A stretch of 64,000 nt of DNA from Octopus vulgaris (GCA_951406725.2 OX597824.1:682001-746000); one strand, 5' to 3'. Shown: positions 14,524 through 29,237, counted from the first letter of the stretch. Notes: a model not told the origin generated them from the sequence alone. Made by a program: numbers and translations.

Positions 14524-14868
14524 TGAGTATTAATTTCCATCAGCACTTCAAAGTACTTCAGTAAAGTACAGTGATGCTACCTTCTTCGTCCGTCCCAACG
14601 GGCAGCTTATAATTAGAAAGACATTCCCGCCAGAATTTCTCTATCAGAGCGTTCAAGTTCTGCGCAATTGGATTCGTATTCGTAACGCGAGTATATTGTC
14701 GCCTTAATTGCTGCGCTGTCTTACAATATGAGAATTGCTGTCATAATCAATCGTCCATTTCTTTTGGGAATTTTCGAAATTATGAATGTACTTTCTCTGA
14801 ATATTTTGCCATTTCACTTTGTTTTATGGAGTTTTGTGTTGTGTGTTGGTTGCTGTGATTGTTCTTAA

Positions 14869-14908
<40 letters not shown>

Positions 14909-15145
14909 ACCCTATTATTCATGTTTATTATAATGAATTGCGGTGCCTTTTTGTTGTGAAATCATGGTAGCTGACAAGAAAGGCCATACCACTTCGTCAG
15001 GTGAACTACACACACACACACGCACACACACACATACACACACGCACACACGCACACTCACACACAGACGTAGTACATGATTTAAAATAATATATATTTA
15101 TATGCTTTCGGTGCGATATATATATATATATATATATATATAATA

Positions 15146-15650
15146 CTAGCAGAGATGCCCGGCGTTGCTCGGGATAGAATGACATGGTTCTTTTATTCTT
15201 TTACTTGTTTAAGTCATGTGACTGTGGACATGCTGGAGCACCGTCTTTAATCAAACAGCTGTTTCTGAGGGCACGGTGGTCCGAAATAATTATTGTAAAT
15301 TGCCCCCATCATCGGATGATACGAACCTCCGTCTTCAGGGGGAAAATCTTACATTTGTTAACAGAAAGGAGATTAAAGATGGAATGATTTTGTGGAGAGC
15401 TAATGGGGGGGGGGATTGCGGAGGTATTCAGATAGAGAATAGTGAGAGGGGAAAATGAATTTCAAGGGTTAGAGACTAATAAGGAAGCCAGTAGGGAGTT
15501 ATAGTAGTGGTGGAAAATAGGAGGAAGAGGGGAGGGTAATTTAGGTAGTATGTGAATGGTAACCTTTCTGTTAGTTTGTATGACGGGCTATAGGATTAAT
15601 GGTTGAGACAGTGAGAAAGGAATGGTCATTTTTTGAGGGAAATAATGTAT
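15146..15650 (-). mobile_element. Helitron-like element, 3' terminus (5' boundary uncertain)
   Basis: RC CCCGAGCAACGCCGGGCATCTCTGCTAG|T: subterminal hairpin plus CTAG end, nearly the same as the end of 58526-58908. Confidence 0.65.
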
Positions 15651-15998
15651 TTAATATTCTTTGTATGTATGTATGTATGTGTGAGTGTATATGTGTGTAC
15701 GTCTTTGTGTATATATTTGACCCCATCACTGCCTGACAACCGATGCTGGTTTGTTTACGTACCCGTAACTTAGCGCTCGGGGAAAAAGACCGATAGAGTA
15801 TCAGGCTTTAAAGACATGTGCCGTGAGGGGAGGGGGGGCAATTTATTTGACTTAACCCTTCAAAGCAGTGCACCAGCATGGTCGTGGTCTAAGGATTCAG
15901 ACAACTATAAGATAAAAGGTAAAAGAATATATGCATCAATAAATGTGTGTGAGTGTGTGTGTGTATGTGTGTGTGTGTGTGTGTGCGTGTGTGTGTGC

Positions 15999-16062
<64 letters not shown>

Positions 16063-16300
16063 GTATAATTATATCAAGCGAGATCTGGCGAAAACAACCT
16101 GTCACTAGCATGCTTGAAGTGCCGATATCTCCAAAAACTACCAAAAATCTCCAGCTAAAATATACACGTGGCTGAAAGCGGGCGAGTGTATATTTTAGCT
16201 GGAGTCTTTGGTAGTTTTTGAAGGCATCGGCACTTCATTAACGGGATTTTTATCCTTATATTCTTATATATATATATATATATGTATGCATATGTGTATG

Positions 16301-16355
<55 letters not shown>

Positions 16356-16360
16356 GTATG

Positions 16361-16428
<68 letters not shown>

Positions 16429-16429
<1 letters not shown>

Positions 16430-17469
16430 GGGAAGCTTTATGAAAATAAACAAAAGACGAAGGCAGGTGGAGTACAAACAAACAATTGTATTAGTATGGC
16501 GCTCAGGAATATAAATAAAACAAGTCTTTTATGTTTCGAGCCGACGCTCTTCAACAGAAAGATACACAGAAAAGAAACACAGAAAGAAACAAGGAGAGAA
16601 AAAAAATGCGTGCAGAGGCTAGCGAATCAACATGGCGATCTGATTTCGGCCAGAAGTCAAAGATCAAACGTGAGACGCATGAGCGAAATTAGGGGAGATA
16701 ATAGGGTTAAATGACCTCGCCCCAACATAAGAGTGTGTGTGTGTATGAGAGGGTATGTAGTGCGTATGAGAGGTCTGGACGTGTGTATGTATATATGATG
16801 TGATGTGTAAAGTCGTATGGTGTAGTGTAGAGAGAGGAGATGAGGGGAAGAGGGGACGAGGGGGAGGTAAGGGGGAGAGAGGGGAGAGATGAGGGGGAGA
16901 TGGGGGTGAGGGTGAGGGGGAGAAGGAAAGAGGAAAGAAGAAGAGGAGGGGAATGGGGAGAAGGAAGGAGAGGAGAAGAGGAGGAGAGAGGAGGAGGGAG
17001 GATAGAGGGAGAGGGGGAGAGAGAGAAGGGGAGTGAGGGAGCAGAGAGAAAGAGGGAAGGGGAAGAGAAAGAGAAGGGGAGTGAGGGAGCAGAGAGAAAG
17101 AGGGAAGGGGAAGAGGGAAGAGGAGTAGGGGTGAAAGGATGAAGGACTGAAGAGAAGTAGCTCTATGGGGCAGTTACAGGCGGAGACGATGGGGCGGCCG
17201 GGGTTGTTGGGTTTGTGGATTTTGGGGAGGAAGTAAATGGTGGGGGTGCGTGGGTTTCGCACAATTAGGTTGGATGCGGTGTGGGGGAGACGGGAGGACG
17301 AGATGAGGTCGTGGACAGTAGAGGATACAGTCTGTTGGTAGTAGAAGGAGGTGTCATTGAGTTGGCGGAGAGCCTCGGCCCTGTAGAGGTCCGCGCGCCA
17401 CACCACCACAGCTCCACCCTTGTCAGCCGGTTTGATGATAATGTCAGCGCGCCGTTGGAGGGAACGAAG

Positions 17470-17472
<3 letters not shown>
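16429..17472 (-). mobile_element. Internally deleted Penelope-like element between (TA)n tracts
   Basis: 17160-17472 encodes IIIKPADKGGAVVVW...YFLPKIHKPNNPGRPIVSACNCP (PLE RT N-terminus), followed by a pyrimidine-rich UTR and a terminal module with a hammerhead-like fold (16525-16562). Confidence 0.9.
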
Positions 17473-17542
<70 letters not shown>

Positions 17543-17544
17543 GT

Positions 17545-17870
17545 GAAGGTGCATGGGTCAGTAGTTTGAGCGTCGAGCTTACGATCGTGAGGTTGTGAGC
17601 TCGAATCCCGCACCGGGCTGCGTGTTGTGTTCTTGAGCAAGACACTTTATTTCACGTTGCTCCACTTCACTCAGCTGTAGAAATGAGTTGCGACGTCACA
17701 GGTGCCAAGCTGTATCGGTCTTTGTCTTTCACTTGGATAGCATCAGTGGCGTGGAGAGGGGAGGCTAGTATGCATGGGCGACTGTTGGTCTTCCATAAAC
17801 AACCTTGCCTGGACTTGTGCCTGGGAGGGTAATTTTCTAGGTGCCATGTCGTGACCGAAGGGGGTCTCAG
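17545..17870 (+). mobile_element. tRNA-derived CORE-like SINE (family C)
   Basis: tRNA-like head (GCTCGAATCCC B-box) then GTGTTCTTGAGCAAGACACTTTATTTCAC...CTCAGCTGTAGAAATGAGT; degraded relative at ~4770-5015. Confidence 0.75.
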
Positions 17871-17897
17871 ATAAGTATGTATATATATATATACATA

Positions 17898-17997
<100 letters not shown>

Positions 17998-18034
17998 ATA
18001 TGTATATACATATATATGTATATATATATGTATG

Positions 18035-18097
<63 letters not shown>

Positions 18098-18181
18098 ACA
18101 TGTATATATATGTATATGCATACATATATACATATAAATGTATATATATATTTATATATACATATAAATATATATATATAT

Positions 18182-18455
18182 GGGGAGAATTCACAAAAAA
18201 CAAAAGACGAAGAAAGGTGGTGTAGACAACAAACAAATGTATTAGTTTAACGCTCGGGAAGTGAAAAAGTACTTAACGTTTCGAGCCTACGCTCTTCCAT
18301 AGAAAGAAACAAGGAGAGAAAATAGAGAATGTGCAGTGGCTAACGAGCTATCTTGGCGAATGCTGGACAGAAGGGTCACACAGGAGATCTAGGGAGAAGA
18401 GGAGATAATAAAATAGTGGTGATCCCAAAACGAAGAGAGTTTGTATGTGCGTGTG
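18182..18455 (-). mobile_element. Solo PLE terminal module (same family as 16429-16750)
   Basis: Shares AACAAAAGACGAAG..AGGTGG..TGTATTAGT..CGCTC..GTTTCGAGCC.ACGCTCTT; begins directly after (TA)n. Confidence 0.8.
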
Positions 18456-18491
18456 GAAGAGGGCTATGTATATACATATAAATATATTTAT

Positions 18492-18546
<55 letters not shown>

Positions 18547-18595
18547 TAGATAGATAAGAAAGTTGATTTGTGAAAGCACGTGGTTGAATATATAG

Positions 18596-18944
18596 AAAAT
18601 AGTAAAAAGTGAAAAAACTACAGAAGGCTTACAGGTTAAAAAATATATATATTTGCGTCAATTTGTCTGAAGAATATTAAAATTTTTTTTCTTACAATGA
18701 CATAGTTTAGAAGAAAAGACCGGTTTCGCGTTTAGCTTTTCAAATTTCTTACGACGTTATGTTTATGTTGAACATAAACATAACGTCGTAAGAAATTTGA
18801 AAAGCTAAACGCGAAACCGGTCTTTCTTCTAAATTATGTCATTGTAAGAAAAATTTTTTTAATATTCTTCAGACATATTGACGCAAATATATATATTTTT
18901 TAACCTGTAAGCCTTCTGTAGTTTTTTCACTTTTCACTTTTTAC

Positions 18945-18950
<6 letters not shown>
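18596..18950. repeat. ~355 bp near-perfect palindrome (1-nt spacer at 18770) with a hammerhead-like fold in each arm
   Basis: ...ACGACGTTATGTTTATGTT-G-AACATAAACATAACGTCGT...; arms complementary out to AAATAGTAAAAAG/CTTTTTACTATTT with a few mismatches. Confidence 0.92.
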
Positions 18951-19009
<59 letters not shown>

Positions 19010-20179
19010 GAATATATATATATTCATATATACATATAAATATGTGTATTTCTATGTGCACACACTCACCCTAACACAATCACGTAAGTGTTGCTCTTTG
19101 TACATTATATCTTAAGAGTGTTTCACTGAGTTTAATATGAAATTATATGCAATCTGTTAATTAATGAAGTCGGAATGTAATTAATCCATTAGTTCTGTCA
19201 ATCATAAACTGACATCAGCGGAAAGAAGAGATCGTTGACACTTGGAAATTTTTGTCGGAATGATCGCCGTTATAATGTGATTAAGATCAATGCGTTCCAG
19301 GGTTGAGAATCTCTGGAGCATACCCTTAAGAATAAACGGATCAGCAAGCAGTAATCCTTAAATGTCCCTTAAACCATACTTTACTATCTTAAATAATGAA
19401 GGATAAGCATTAGGCAACGTATTCCTTTAGATACAAGAACAAAGAATCGTCTTGGTTGTTAAATCTTCGTCGATGAAACGTGTGTTTGGTCTGGGTCGGC
19501 GCCTGACTAAAAGTCGAAGAACCATCTGAAACATCTACAGTAGCAGCTACATGAACAACAGCCACAACAACAATGGCAAATACAACGGTCGCTCTTCTCT
19601 TGAAAGTCTTAAAGGCCCAGAATTTCTCAATTCCCACTTTATGTATTTGCAACTACATTAAGATATTACACACACACACACACACAGACACACACACACA
19701 CTCTTACTTGTTTTTATCAGAGGCCGTGACCGCACTGTGACAACGCCATTGGTGTTATTATTTCTTCATTTGATTCCATTTCCACCCCCCTCTCTCTCTC
19801 TCTCCCTGTCTCCTTCATTTGGTGAATGAAGGAATAGAACAACGCTGCCTTCTTTTGCGTTTCTTGCCTGATGTGGGTTTATTTGGTTTCTCAAAAATTT
19901 GTCTAAGTGCTTTTTGTACATATCTACATCTTTGTCTCGTCAGCCTCTGAGGTTTTGCTTTTAGCAAAATATTAAATAATTTTTTCTAGGTATTCTGTGC
20001 TCCTCTGCAGAGAAGACAGTGTCCATGACCATTCACAGGATCTTCGAAACTAGTCGAAGGGAGGAAGCAAGGTATCCTTTAACCCCAGTCTTCCCAACCG
20101 GTGTCAATATGACCCTTGGGGGGCCGTATAGGATTTTGGTGTTAAAGTTTATCTGCAATCAATTGGTTATACTTCTAAA

Positions 20180-20617
<438 letters not shown>

Positions 20618-21907
20618 AATAATTCCTAATAGCGTTTAATTATAAACATACAATAGAATTTGTTTGACCATCGAATGGCTATGAGGGTCCAGTTGAATAA
20701 AATAGGAACCAGAGGGGTTCCGTTGGCAAAATAGAATGGTTGCGACCCAGTGCTCGAAACAGAGATTGGCCCAATTTAAAGGAATTCAAGGTGTCAGGTA
20801 ACGGGTTAAGACTACCAGACAAGTAGGCCATTGTGGGATTTGAACTCAGAACGCAGTGAACCGGAACAAATACTGCAAAGTATTCCATCCAATATTCTTA
20901 TAGTTCCACCAGTCTACCACTTTTTATTGATCCTGAAAGGACAAACGGTGAAGTTGATGTTAGCCGGATTCGAACTCAGATAACAGAACAAACACCATTT
21001 AATATTGTAGGCGATGCTTGATCGACTCTGCCAACACCCCGCATCTTCTATATTCCTCTTTTATACTCTATCGGTTTATTAGATAATATTTTTCTATACA
21101 ATGAATGAAAATATATTTTCACAATCTCTCAGATGCTCCGCCTTTATCTTCTTTGTGTGCGATTTTTCTAATTTTCCGTTAGTAATTCATAAAAGAAAGA
21201 AAACAGATAAAGACATTAATGGATAACTCAATTTTCTTTCTTTTATATTTAAAGTTATTGTCATCGATAACCTCCCTATATAATTACAGTCGACAAAAAA
21301 GAGAAAAAGAACCATCCAAAAAATCTTCATTGTATTCCAGGCTGTTACTGTATTCTGTTTGTGGGTGGCTCAATGCAATGCGATTCTGTTATGTCTCGCG
21401 ATATGAAACTCGTCTATTGCATTGCTAAATAAATGCCTAAACTCATTTTGTGTTTATTTAGCTATTACAGGAAAATAATGATCTTACAAATAAATAAGAA
21501 CTCATGAAAGGGTTTTGCAAAGATTTTTTTCATCCAATTCATAAATATTTCAATATTAGGCCCAGCTATTTCGGTGCCGAGCTGGCAGAATCGTTAGCTT
21601 AGCGACATTTCTCTGTCTCTAATTTCTGAGTTCAAATTCCGCCGAGATCGACTTTGTCTTTCATCCTTTTTTTGGGGGTCGATAAAATAAGTACCAGTCG
21701 AACATTGTTGTCCTCTAAATTAAGGCCTTGTGTTACACTGGAAAGGAAATGATTAGACACAGTTACTCTGTACATAACTCACAAACAAATTTTTTCGTTA
21801 GAGGTGTATTTTGTCATACATTTATTTTGTCATACTTTCAAGCACAACTTCGTCATATGACGCTTCACAATCCTTCTCAAGACTGATCCAGTTCTTTGAT
21901 ATAGACA

Positions 21908-22287
21908 TCCTTTCTACTCTAGGAACAAGGCAATAAATTTTTTGGAGAGGGAGCCAGTCGACTTGACAGACTCAGTACACAACTGGTACTTAATTTATCG
22001 ACCCTGAAAAGATAGAAGACAAAGTCGACCTCGGCGGAATTTGAAATCAGAACGTAGCGGCAGACGAAATGCCTATTTCTTTACTACCCACAAGGGGCTA
22101 AACGCAGAGAGGACAAACAAGGACAGACAAACGGATTAAGTCGATTATATCGACCCCAGTACGTAACTGGTACTTATTTAATCGACCCCGAAAGGATGAA
22201 AGGCAAAGTCGACCTCGGCGGAATTTGAACTCAGAACGTAGCTAAGCATTTCGCCCGGCGTGCTAACGACTCTGCCAGCTCGCCGCC
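21908..22287 (-). mobile_element. Dimeric SINE family A
   Basis: RC reads head-body-tail1 (...GTAAAGAAATAG), then a second body with a different tail (...GCCTTGTTCCTAGAGTAGAAAGG). Confidence 0.85.
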
Positions 22288-22354
22288 TTCTTTGGTATAT
22301 ATATCGTATTCAATAATGTGACTTAAAGATGCTCTGATGTTTTGGTACTCAGTA

Positions 22355-22400
<46 letters not shown>

Positions 22401-23176
22401 TATATATGTATATGTATCTATACATATATACGCACATAGATATATATGTATATGCTTGTGTGTGCGCGCGCGCGCGCGTGTGTGTGCGTGTGTGTATGTG
22501 TGTGTGTGTGTGTCTACGTGTTTCTCGTATGAAAGTGGATAATTAATATTTTATGACCTGTCTTATCATCTGTATAAAAACAACAGTTTTTGCTGATATC
22601 ACCGAAGAAATGTTTTTTCCGAATCAATATCCTTTCCCAATGTTCTCTGATTTATGATCCATACATTTCGAAATGTTCACACTCCTAATTTCATATCTTA
22701 CTTCTTCTCTGCTGTCCTTCGCTCTCTCCAACCACACATTTATATCGTTCATATGTTAGAGTTGTCATAATCTATATTTAATCTCTGTGAGATTATTCCT
22801 TCCATAGTATCTCTTTTTAAAGCCTCATTCTATTCAATCTTTCTAATTCCTCCTGGCATTTCATTTCTTCTGGCGTTCTGCTGTTTCTTACCCATTCAGA
22901 TCATAGATTCCTCTTTGTTTTCTTTATTTTCTCTCGGAATCGAACCTTTCTAGCGATACCTGTCGTTTTTTTTTTGTTAAACGAATGCTTAGGAAGACAA
23001 CTGGCACCTTCAACTCTTTCCTATTCATTTTTAGAGTAGTTACCTTTTGTACTTCTTGTTTGCGAACGTTAATCATTATTCTTTAAATAAAGAAAACCTC
23101 TTTCCTCCTCTTCCTCATCTTTATCTCCCCCTCCGCGCCCTCCTTTCCTCTTCCGCCCTCTCCATTCCTCCACCTC

Positions 23177-23239
<63 letters not shown>

Positions 23240-23317
23240 TAGTTTTTCTTCCTTCAGTTTTGTCTTCATTTCTTGCTGAGTGTCTTCCCGACACCTAGGG
23301 CAAAGAAACTCACTGTA
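23240..23317 (-). mobile_element. Probable 3' end of a non-LTR element with a (TAA)n tail
   Basis: RC ...CCCTAGGTGTCGGGAAGACACTCAGCAAGAAATGAAGACAAAAC... runs into (TAA)n at 23178-23238. Confidence 0.4.
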
Positions 23318-23464
23318 TACATCGATAGGCCGTTAAAATAAATAAATTCCACCAAAGTCGACATTGCTTTTCATTCTTTCGTGGCCGATAAAATAAGTAC
23401 CAGTTAAGCATTAGGGGTCAATGTAATAGACAAGATCCCTGCCCTTAAAACGCAAGATTTGCAA

Positions 23465-23613
23465 ACGATGCAGCACGGAATTTTGCCAGTGAACAGGTCG
23501 CGGTCTCAAAGCGACGAAAATATTTTGACAAATTAAATTTAAATGTTGAAGTGAATCGAACGGCTTTTGTGTGTTTCTTAAATGGCTTATAAACATCTTC
23601 CACGCTGCAATTG
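23465..23613 (+). mobile_element. Short repeat module with a G3:C8-variant hammerhead fold; second copy at 57046-57195 (-)
   Basis: Two ~150 bp copies share GATGCAGCACG...GGTCGCGGT..AAAGCGACGAAAATATTTTGACA...CCACGCTGCAATTG. Confidence 0.75.
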
Positions 23614-24477
23614 TTTTCGTTCCAGCACTCGATCTCAGATCAGGTCACTTGCTATGCAAGTACATCTCCGTATTATTATTACACCTCCGTTATTATTATT
23701 ACATCTCCGTTATTATTATTATTTTCAGTTTACCAGAATTGGCATTTTGTTTTTTTTGCTATTGAAAGGAGGGTCACATGTTTTTACGAAGCTTTGTGCT
23801 GCAAAAAAGCAGGCAGCTGATTCTCAACAGAGTTCAAGCTGCTTTACCACTCACCGTTCCTGTGTCCTGATGTCATTTAATCTCCAGTCTAGAGACAATA
23901 TATTCCATTCTTGTGTACTTCTTCAAAAAAACGACCCTTCATTACTCTTCATCAATCTGCAGGCTTTGGTCCTTTAACCTGAGGGCCCAACAAATCTGTT
24001 ATTTTCTTTTTGCTGTAGCCTGACCACCGTCAATTTCTTCATTAAACAATCAACAACTATTTATATTTGTATATTCAGCTTTTTCAGCTGTATTATTCTT
24101 TTTTCTGTCTCATATAGTTTTACTTTTGTGAAAATAAAGCGGGAGTTAATATTAAAAATTCTATTTTCTAAATATTCTAATTTCTTAATATTTCTTTCAC
24201 TGGAATCTCTCTTTCCTTTGTAATGCTAATGTTTTCACAAGATTTTTCATAAATTTCCTCACACAAAACATTCTTCTGGATATTCTCATATTTAACAAAA
24301 CGTTTTTATTCTTCCCCAAAGAAATATTTGGCTACCACCGTTCTGGGAGTTGATTCCCGCTATCCTCAACCGTAGCCACGTTAACAAAATTCTGGATTAA
24401 ACAAAATAATAAATAACAATATTTCGTTTTTGGATTTGGTTTGCAAGATTCTTTATATGAGTTTGTGTGTCGAAGCA

Positions 24478-24759
24478 TATTCTATTGTGTCTGGGGAGAG
24501 TCATTTTCTTTTTGTGCCTTATTATGTAACAAACTCACCGGTAAAATTTTCACTTTTTTCTTATTTTTATTTTCCTAAAATTTTCGTTGCGCTTTGCAAC
24601 CTTTACAATAGTTTTGAGTAAAAAATATTGAAAAGGTTGCAAGACGCAACGAAAATTTTTAGGAAAATAAAAATAAGAAAAAAGTGGAAATTTTACCGGT
24701 GAGTTTGTTACATAATAAGGCACAAAAAGAAAATGACTCTCCCCAGACACAACAGAATA
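24478..24759. repeat. ~280 bp inverted repeat with a hammerhead-like fold near the centre
   Basis: TATTCTATTGTGTCTGGGGAGAGTCATTTTC... vs ...GAAAATGACTCTCCCCAGACACAACAGAATA; short imperfect centre around 24610-24625. Confidence 0.92.
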
Positions 24760-24959
24760 ACTATATTCTTTTACTTTTAATAATAAGTTTCAACCAACGT
24801 TGTTTTATTCTCCCTCTCCACACCTTCACAAAGAAACTGACGTCAACAAAGTCAAATTTCCTTCTGCTAAATTTGCCGAAGCAGGGGCAATTTGAAAACA
24901 CGGGAGAGTGACAGCCATGTTCATCACTTCTTAGGAGATCTTTTGAGACGATTTCCATC

Positions 24960-25335
24960 TTACGCGCTCGCGCATATACACACGTACGCACGCGCACACA
25001 CAGACGCTCACACACACGTACACACGCGCGTACACACACACGTACACACACACACACGTACACACACACGGACACACACGTACGCACGCACACACACATA
25101 CGTACGCACTCACGCGTGCACACACACACGTACACACACACACATACGCATACACGTACACACATAAGTACAGACACACACACACACACACGCACACACA
25201 CGCACACACACGTACACATACGCGTACACACACACACGTACGCCCTCACACACACACACGTACGCCCGCACACACACACATACTCCCGCACACACACACG
25301 TACCCCCGCACACACACACGTACGCCCCCCCCGCA
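24960..25335. repeat. Compound alternating purine-pyrimidine tract (CA/CG/TA; CACACGTA units)
   Basis: Seen directly in the sequence. Confidence 0.85.
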
Positions 25336-25697
25336 TATGTATACTAATATGCAATCTATTTTCTGAGGAAAAAGGCTAAATTTTACTTTCGGCCATTCCT
25401 ATGTTCGCACGCGCGCGCGCGTATATGTGCATGTGTGCGCGCATGCGTAATATACATTCACTAATTAATGGTTGAAAGTGACTGCAAAACTTCGCTCACA
25501 CTCACACACACACACATAAATATACATACACACACATACAGGTGTGACTGTGTGGTAAGAAGTTTACTTCTCAAACACATGGTTCTTGGTTCAGTCCCAC
25601 GGCATGGTACCTTGGGCAAGTGTCTTCTACTATAGCCTTGTAAACACACGCATGTACATATTTATGTACATGTACGAATGTGTGTGTGTGTGTGTGT

Positions 25698-26465
25698 GAC
25701 TTGAAGTGGCGTAATGTCTGAGAGGTGGGAGAATTGTAGAGTGTGCGATTTGTAGCAAATGGTGGAAATGAAGCTGTGGTTGGGTGACTTAGCAGAAGAA
25801 GCAGAGATGGAAACGGTGTGATGGTGGTTGAAAGAAGATGAAGACTGTTTGGAGAGCGAGTCAGTCTCAAAGTTGTGAATGGTGAATGAAAGTACTCGGA
25901 GTAAATTACTGAGGACTGTGAAAAAGTGGGTTTAGTTCTGAAGTCCCCGAGGACCGTTAGCCTGCAAAGAGATCGAATGGAACAGATGTCCTTGGTGACT
26001 GAAAAGATATAACCGAAGAATTGTTGAAAGCTGAAGGGGTTCGGAGTGTAGTAGGCGGATCCGAGTGGGAGTATATTTTGAGTGACTGAAGTGAGGGGAG
26101 GAACACTTTGAATAGACGTCCTTGTACTCTGATAACAACGAAGGTGAGTGGTAGCGGGGGTGGGGCGGGGTCATTGCAGTCTAAATAACGGCAGACATCG
26201 TCTTTCTGAGTGAGGTTTGAGTGAAGAGTATAACATGAACTCCAGAAATCGATCCTAGATGAAGGGTGAGAGATTCGTGTTAAGGAGTGCAACATGGCGT
26301 TTAGTTTTGGCGTAATTAAGAGATGATGAATAATGTTTAGGGTTGATCGGAATCAGCCAATATTAAAGAAGAGGCGGGAGATTGGCAGAACAGCTTTGAT
26401 GTTATGATTTTGGCATCGAAGTAAGGGAAAAGGGTATCGGTATGGGATGAGGCTAGGATTCTTGG
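25698..26465 (-). mobile_element. Possible highly decayed PLE linker/GIY-YIG region
   Basis: Fragments HSDPPTT..AFNNSSVISFQSPR (cf. QSDPTT..PPLVAFRRP) and SQTLRHFKS (cf. PVARHFNS) occur in the expected order. Confidence 0.35.
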
Positions 26466-28546
26466 TGGGGACCTGATCTAAAACTGTACAATAGAACGAA
26501 CTCCATTAAAGTCGAGCGCTCACAGCGCAGAAGGTCTTTCGTATCGGTTGTACTCTCTGTCTGCCTTGCAAACTAAATATAAAAGAACAGCAGAGACGGT
26601 TCCTCTATGCATTTCCTCGACTACCTTCTCTTCTCCGTTCATAACAACACCATATTAGACGAAATACAACATAATTTATAAGATGACCGAAGGTGAAACA
26701 GTCTATGCAACCAGAGTCTGAAGTATATACGTATATGTGACTGCGTGAACGTGTGTGTATGCAAGTTCATGAATGTGTGTATGAAAGTGCATTTGTGTGT
26801 ATGAGAATGCGAATAAATGTGTGTAACTATGAGTGTGTGTGTGTGTGTAACTTATGCGTGAATTCATGTGTATGTGTGTGCATATATGTCTGCGTATACA
26901 AGTGTATGTATATATAAGCTAGTATAGGTGTATGTAAATTCGCGCAACTAATGCATTCGACCGAAGTGCGGCTTGTCTTCCGGTGATTTTGGAAACTATA
27001 AAAGTCTGCTGCAAACTACAAACCAGATCGTGACTCATTATCTGTCTGCAGTGAAACTGGGTCATCAGACTTTAAATGTAGTCAAATGTCAAGTCTTCTG
27101 TGTAGGAAGCAAGTTTGTAATAAGCCACAGAGAGAACTTGGAAAATATCCCAAAACCAAAGACTGTGTAATTTGTGTATTATGTTTTATACAGTATTATA
27201 GAGTAACAGGGGAATCAACCATTGGGTATCACTGGTTTTATATTTGTGATAATGCTCTGGGTTATGACAGGACCAGTTGGCCATTTTAAGATTGAAAATA
27301 TCTTGTTTTCAAAATACATACAAAGAGAAACCCTTCATGTCTAGAAACGGTTATGGGGTGGGGAGGGGGGTCGCAAAGACACACACACACATGCAACTTT
27401 CACACATACAATACAAGCAAGCATTCACACACATACACACAGACACACACATTCATACGCACACACACATATATACGATGAGATTCCACACAGTTTCTAA
27501 CGACTTGCAAGTCGGCCCGGTACTATAGTTGTAGGCACTTGCCCAAGATGCCGCGCCTGGGGATTGAACCCAAAGCCAAGAGGCTGCAAGGCAAGATTCT
27601 CAACTACATAGTAATGTCTGCGCCTAGATATACATATCCATATTTATGCGTTTGGATTTGCAAACAAGAAAAATAAGTGCTTTATTCAAATACAAGTTTA
27701 GGCGAAGGCACGGCTGAGTTGTAAGAAGTTTGCTTGTCGATCTCATGTTTCCGGGTTCAGTCCCACTGGTGTGTATTTGTTCGATTGAAACCCTTCAGTG
27801 TGGTGCTCCAGCATGACCGCAGTCGAATGCCTGAAACCAGTAAAAGATAAAAAACAAAAGATATAAGATTTAGATAAATTAATTTATTTGTTTTCTGAAA
27901 TTGCAAACAAGGGACAGAAACACTTCCCCCACGAGCAGAGAACTATTCCTTCACTCGAAGCCCGAATCCATACAGTTTCGCTAATCACAATTTCTTCATT
28001 TTGTTTTTTTCTTTCCAGGGTCGTTGCTCAGTATTACGATGTCTTTAACGGTGGAGAAATTCACTCACTTGGGCCATGATTATATGTTATTAATAAGATT
28101 TTGGTCCAATGTGGCATCTTGGCAGTTGTTTCTAATTATTGAAGCAGCAATCCTTTACTTTAACACATCAAACAAATACCTTTGTGTGGCCGCGTGGTGC
28201 AATATTCTTACGCTGAATAAAAGCCAAAAACTCAAGAAGCTTCAGAAACAAACATCGCATAATTTTACCGTTTTCCACTTGTAGCAGGAACTGACTGCTG
28301 CTTAATCAACCACAGCAACAACGTTAATTAATTATGATGGTAATGTTTAGCAAACAACCACACCCCAAAATCACAGCAGACATTACTAAAAGCGCAAGTG
28401 TAACGAATTCTTTGTAAGTTCAGACAGGAAATTTTTGCAAGTCAGCGCAAAGATTGTTGAAGAAGAAATGAGAAATTCTAAGAGAGAGAAGGTGGTGGAG
28501 GACGGGAAGTTTTAGCATTCGAATGAATATATGAATGCCAACGCAT

Positions 28547-28588
<42 letters not shown>

Positions 28589-28750
28589 ATACTCGCGCAT
28601 ATATATATATACACACTCATACAGGCATATGTATGTATGTATATATGTATGTGTGCGTGCGTGTATATATATATATAAGCATGCATATATATATATTTAT
28701 GTATGTACGTATGTATGCATGTATGTATCTATCTGTATATACATGAATAT

Positions 28751-28810
<60 letters not shown>

Positions 28811-29237
28811 AAATCTCTCACCTTCGTAACGTTAATATCAGTTTTTGTAATCGTGAAATAACAGCATAATAACTTACAAATTATCTGCAATGTCCTTCTT
28901 GCCGCTTTATGCATTTGTAACAGAACCACTTTTTTTTCTTTTTGTTTTATGCTAAGTTATTACTTGACTGATATTCTATTGGAGCGGCCCCCTAAGACGA
29001 ATTGGCTCGGTGAGCATTGAATTCTGAACATAAAATGATGGAAGAAGAGCAGTTAAACATTTTGTTCGACACACTAACGATTCAGCAAGCTCGTAGTTGA
29101 TGATGGCGATATGATGATCATCAAAGAGGCGCAGAGGAAGCTGAGATATCAAATGAAAGAATTCTCATTGAATAAATTCGATGCTGTGTTTAGAATTTCT
29201 GTAGTAGGAACTCAAATGATAATGGCTGCAGTTCTAA

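Noticed and set aside
17545-17620. tRNA-like sequences at SINE heads
   Set aside because: No complete cloverleaf; they continue directly into SINE bodies.
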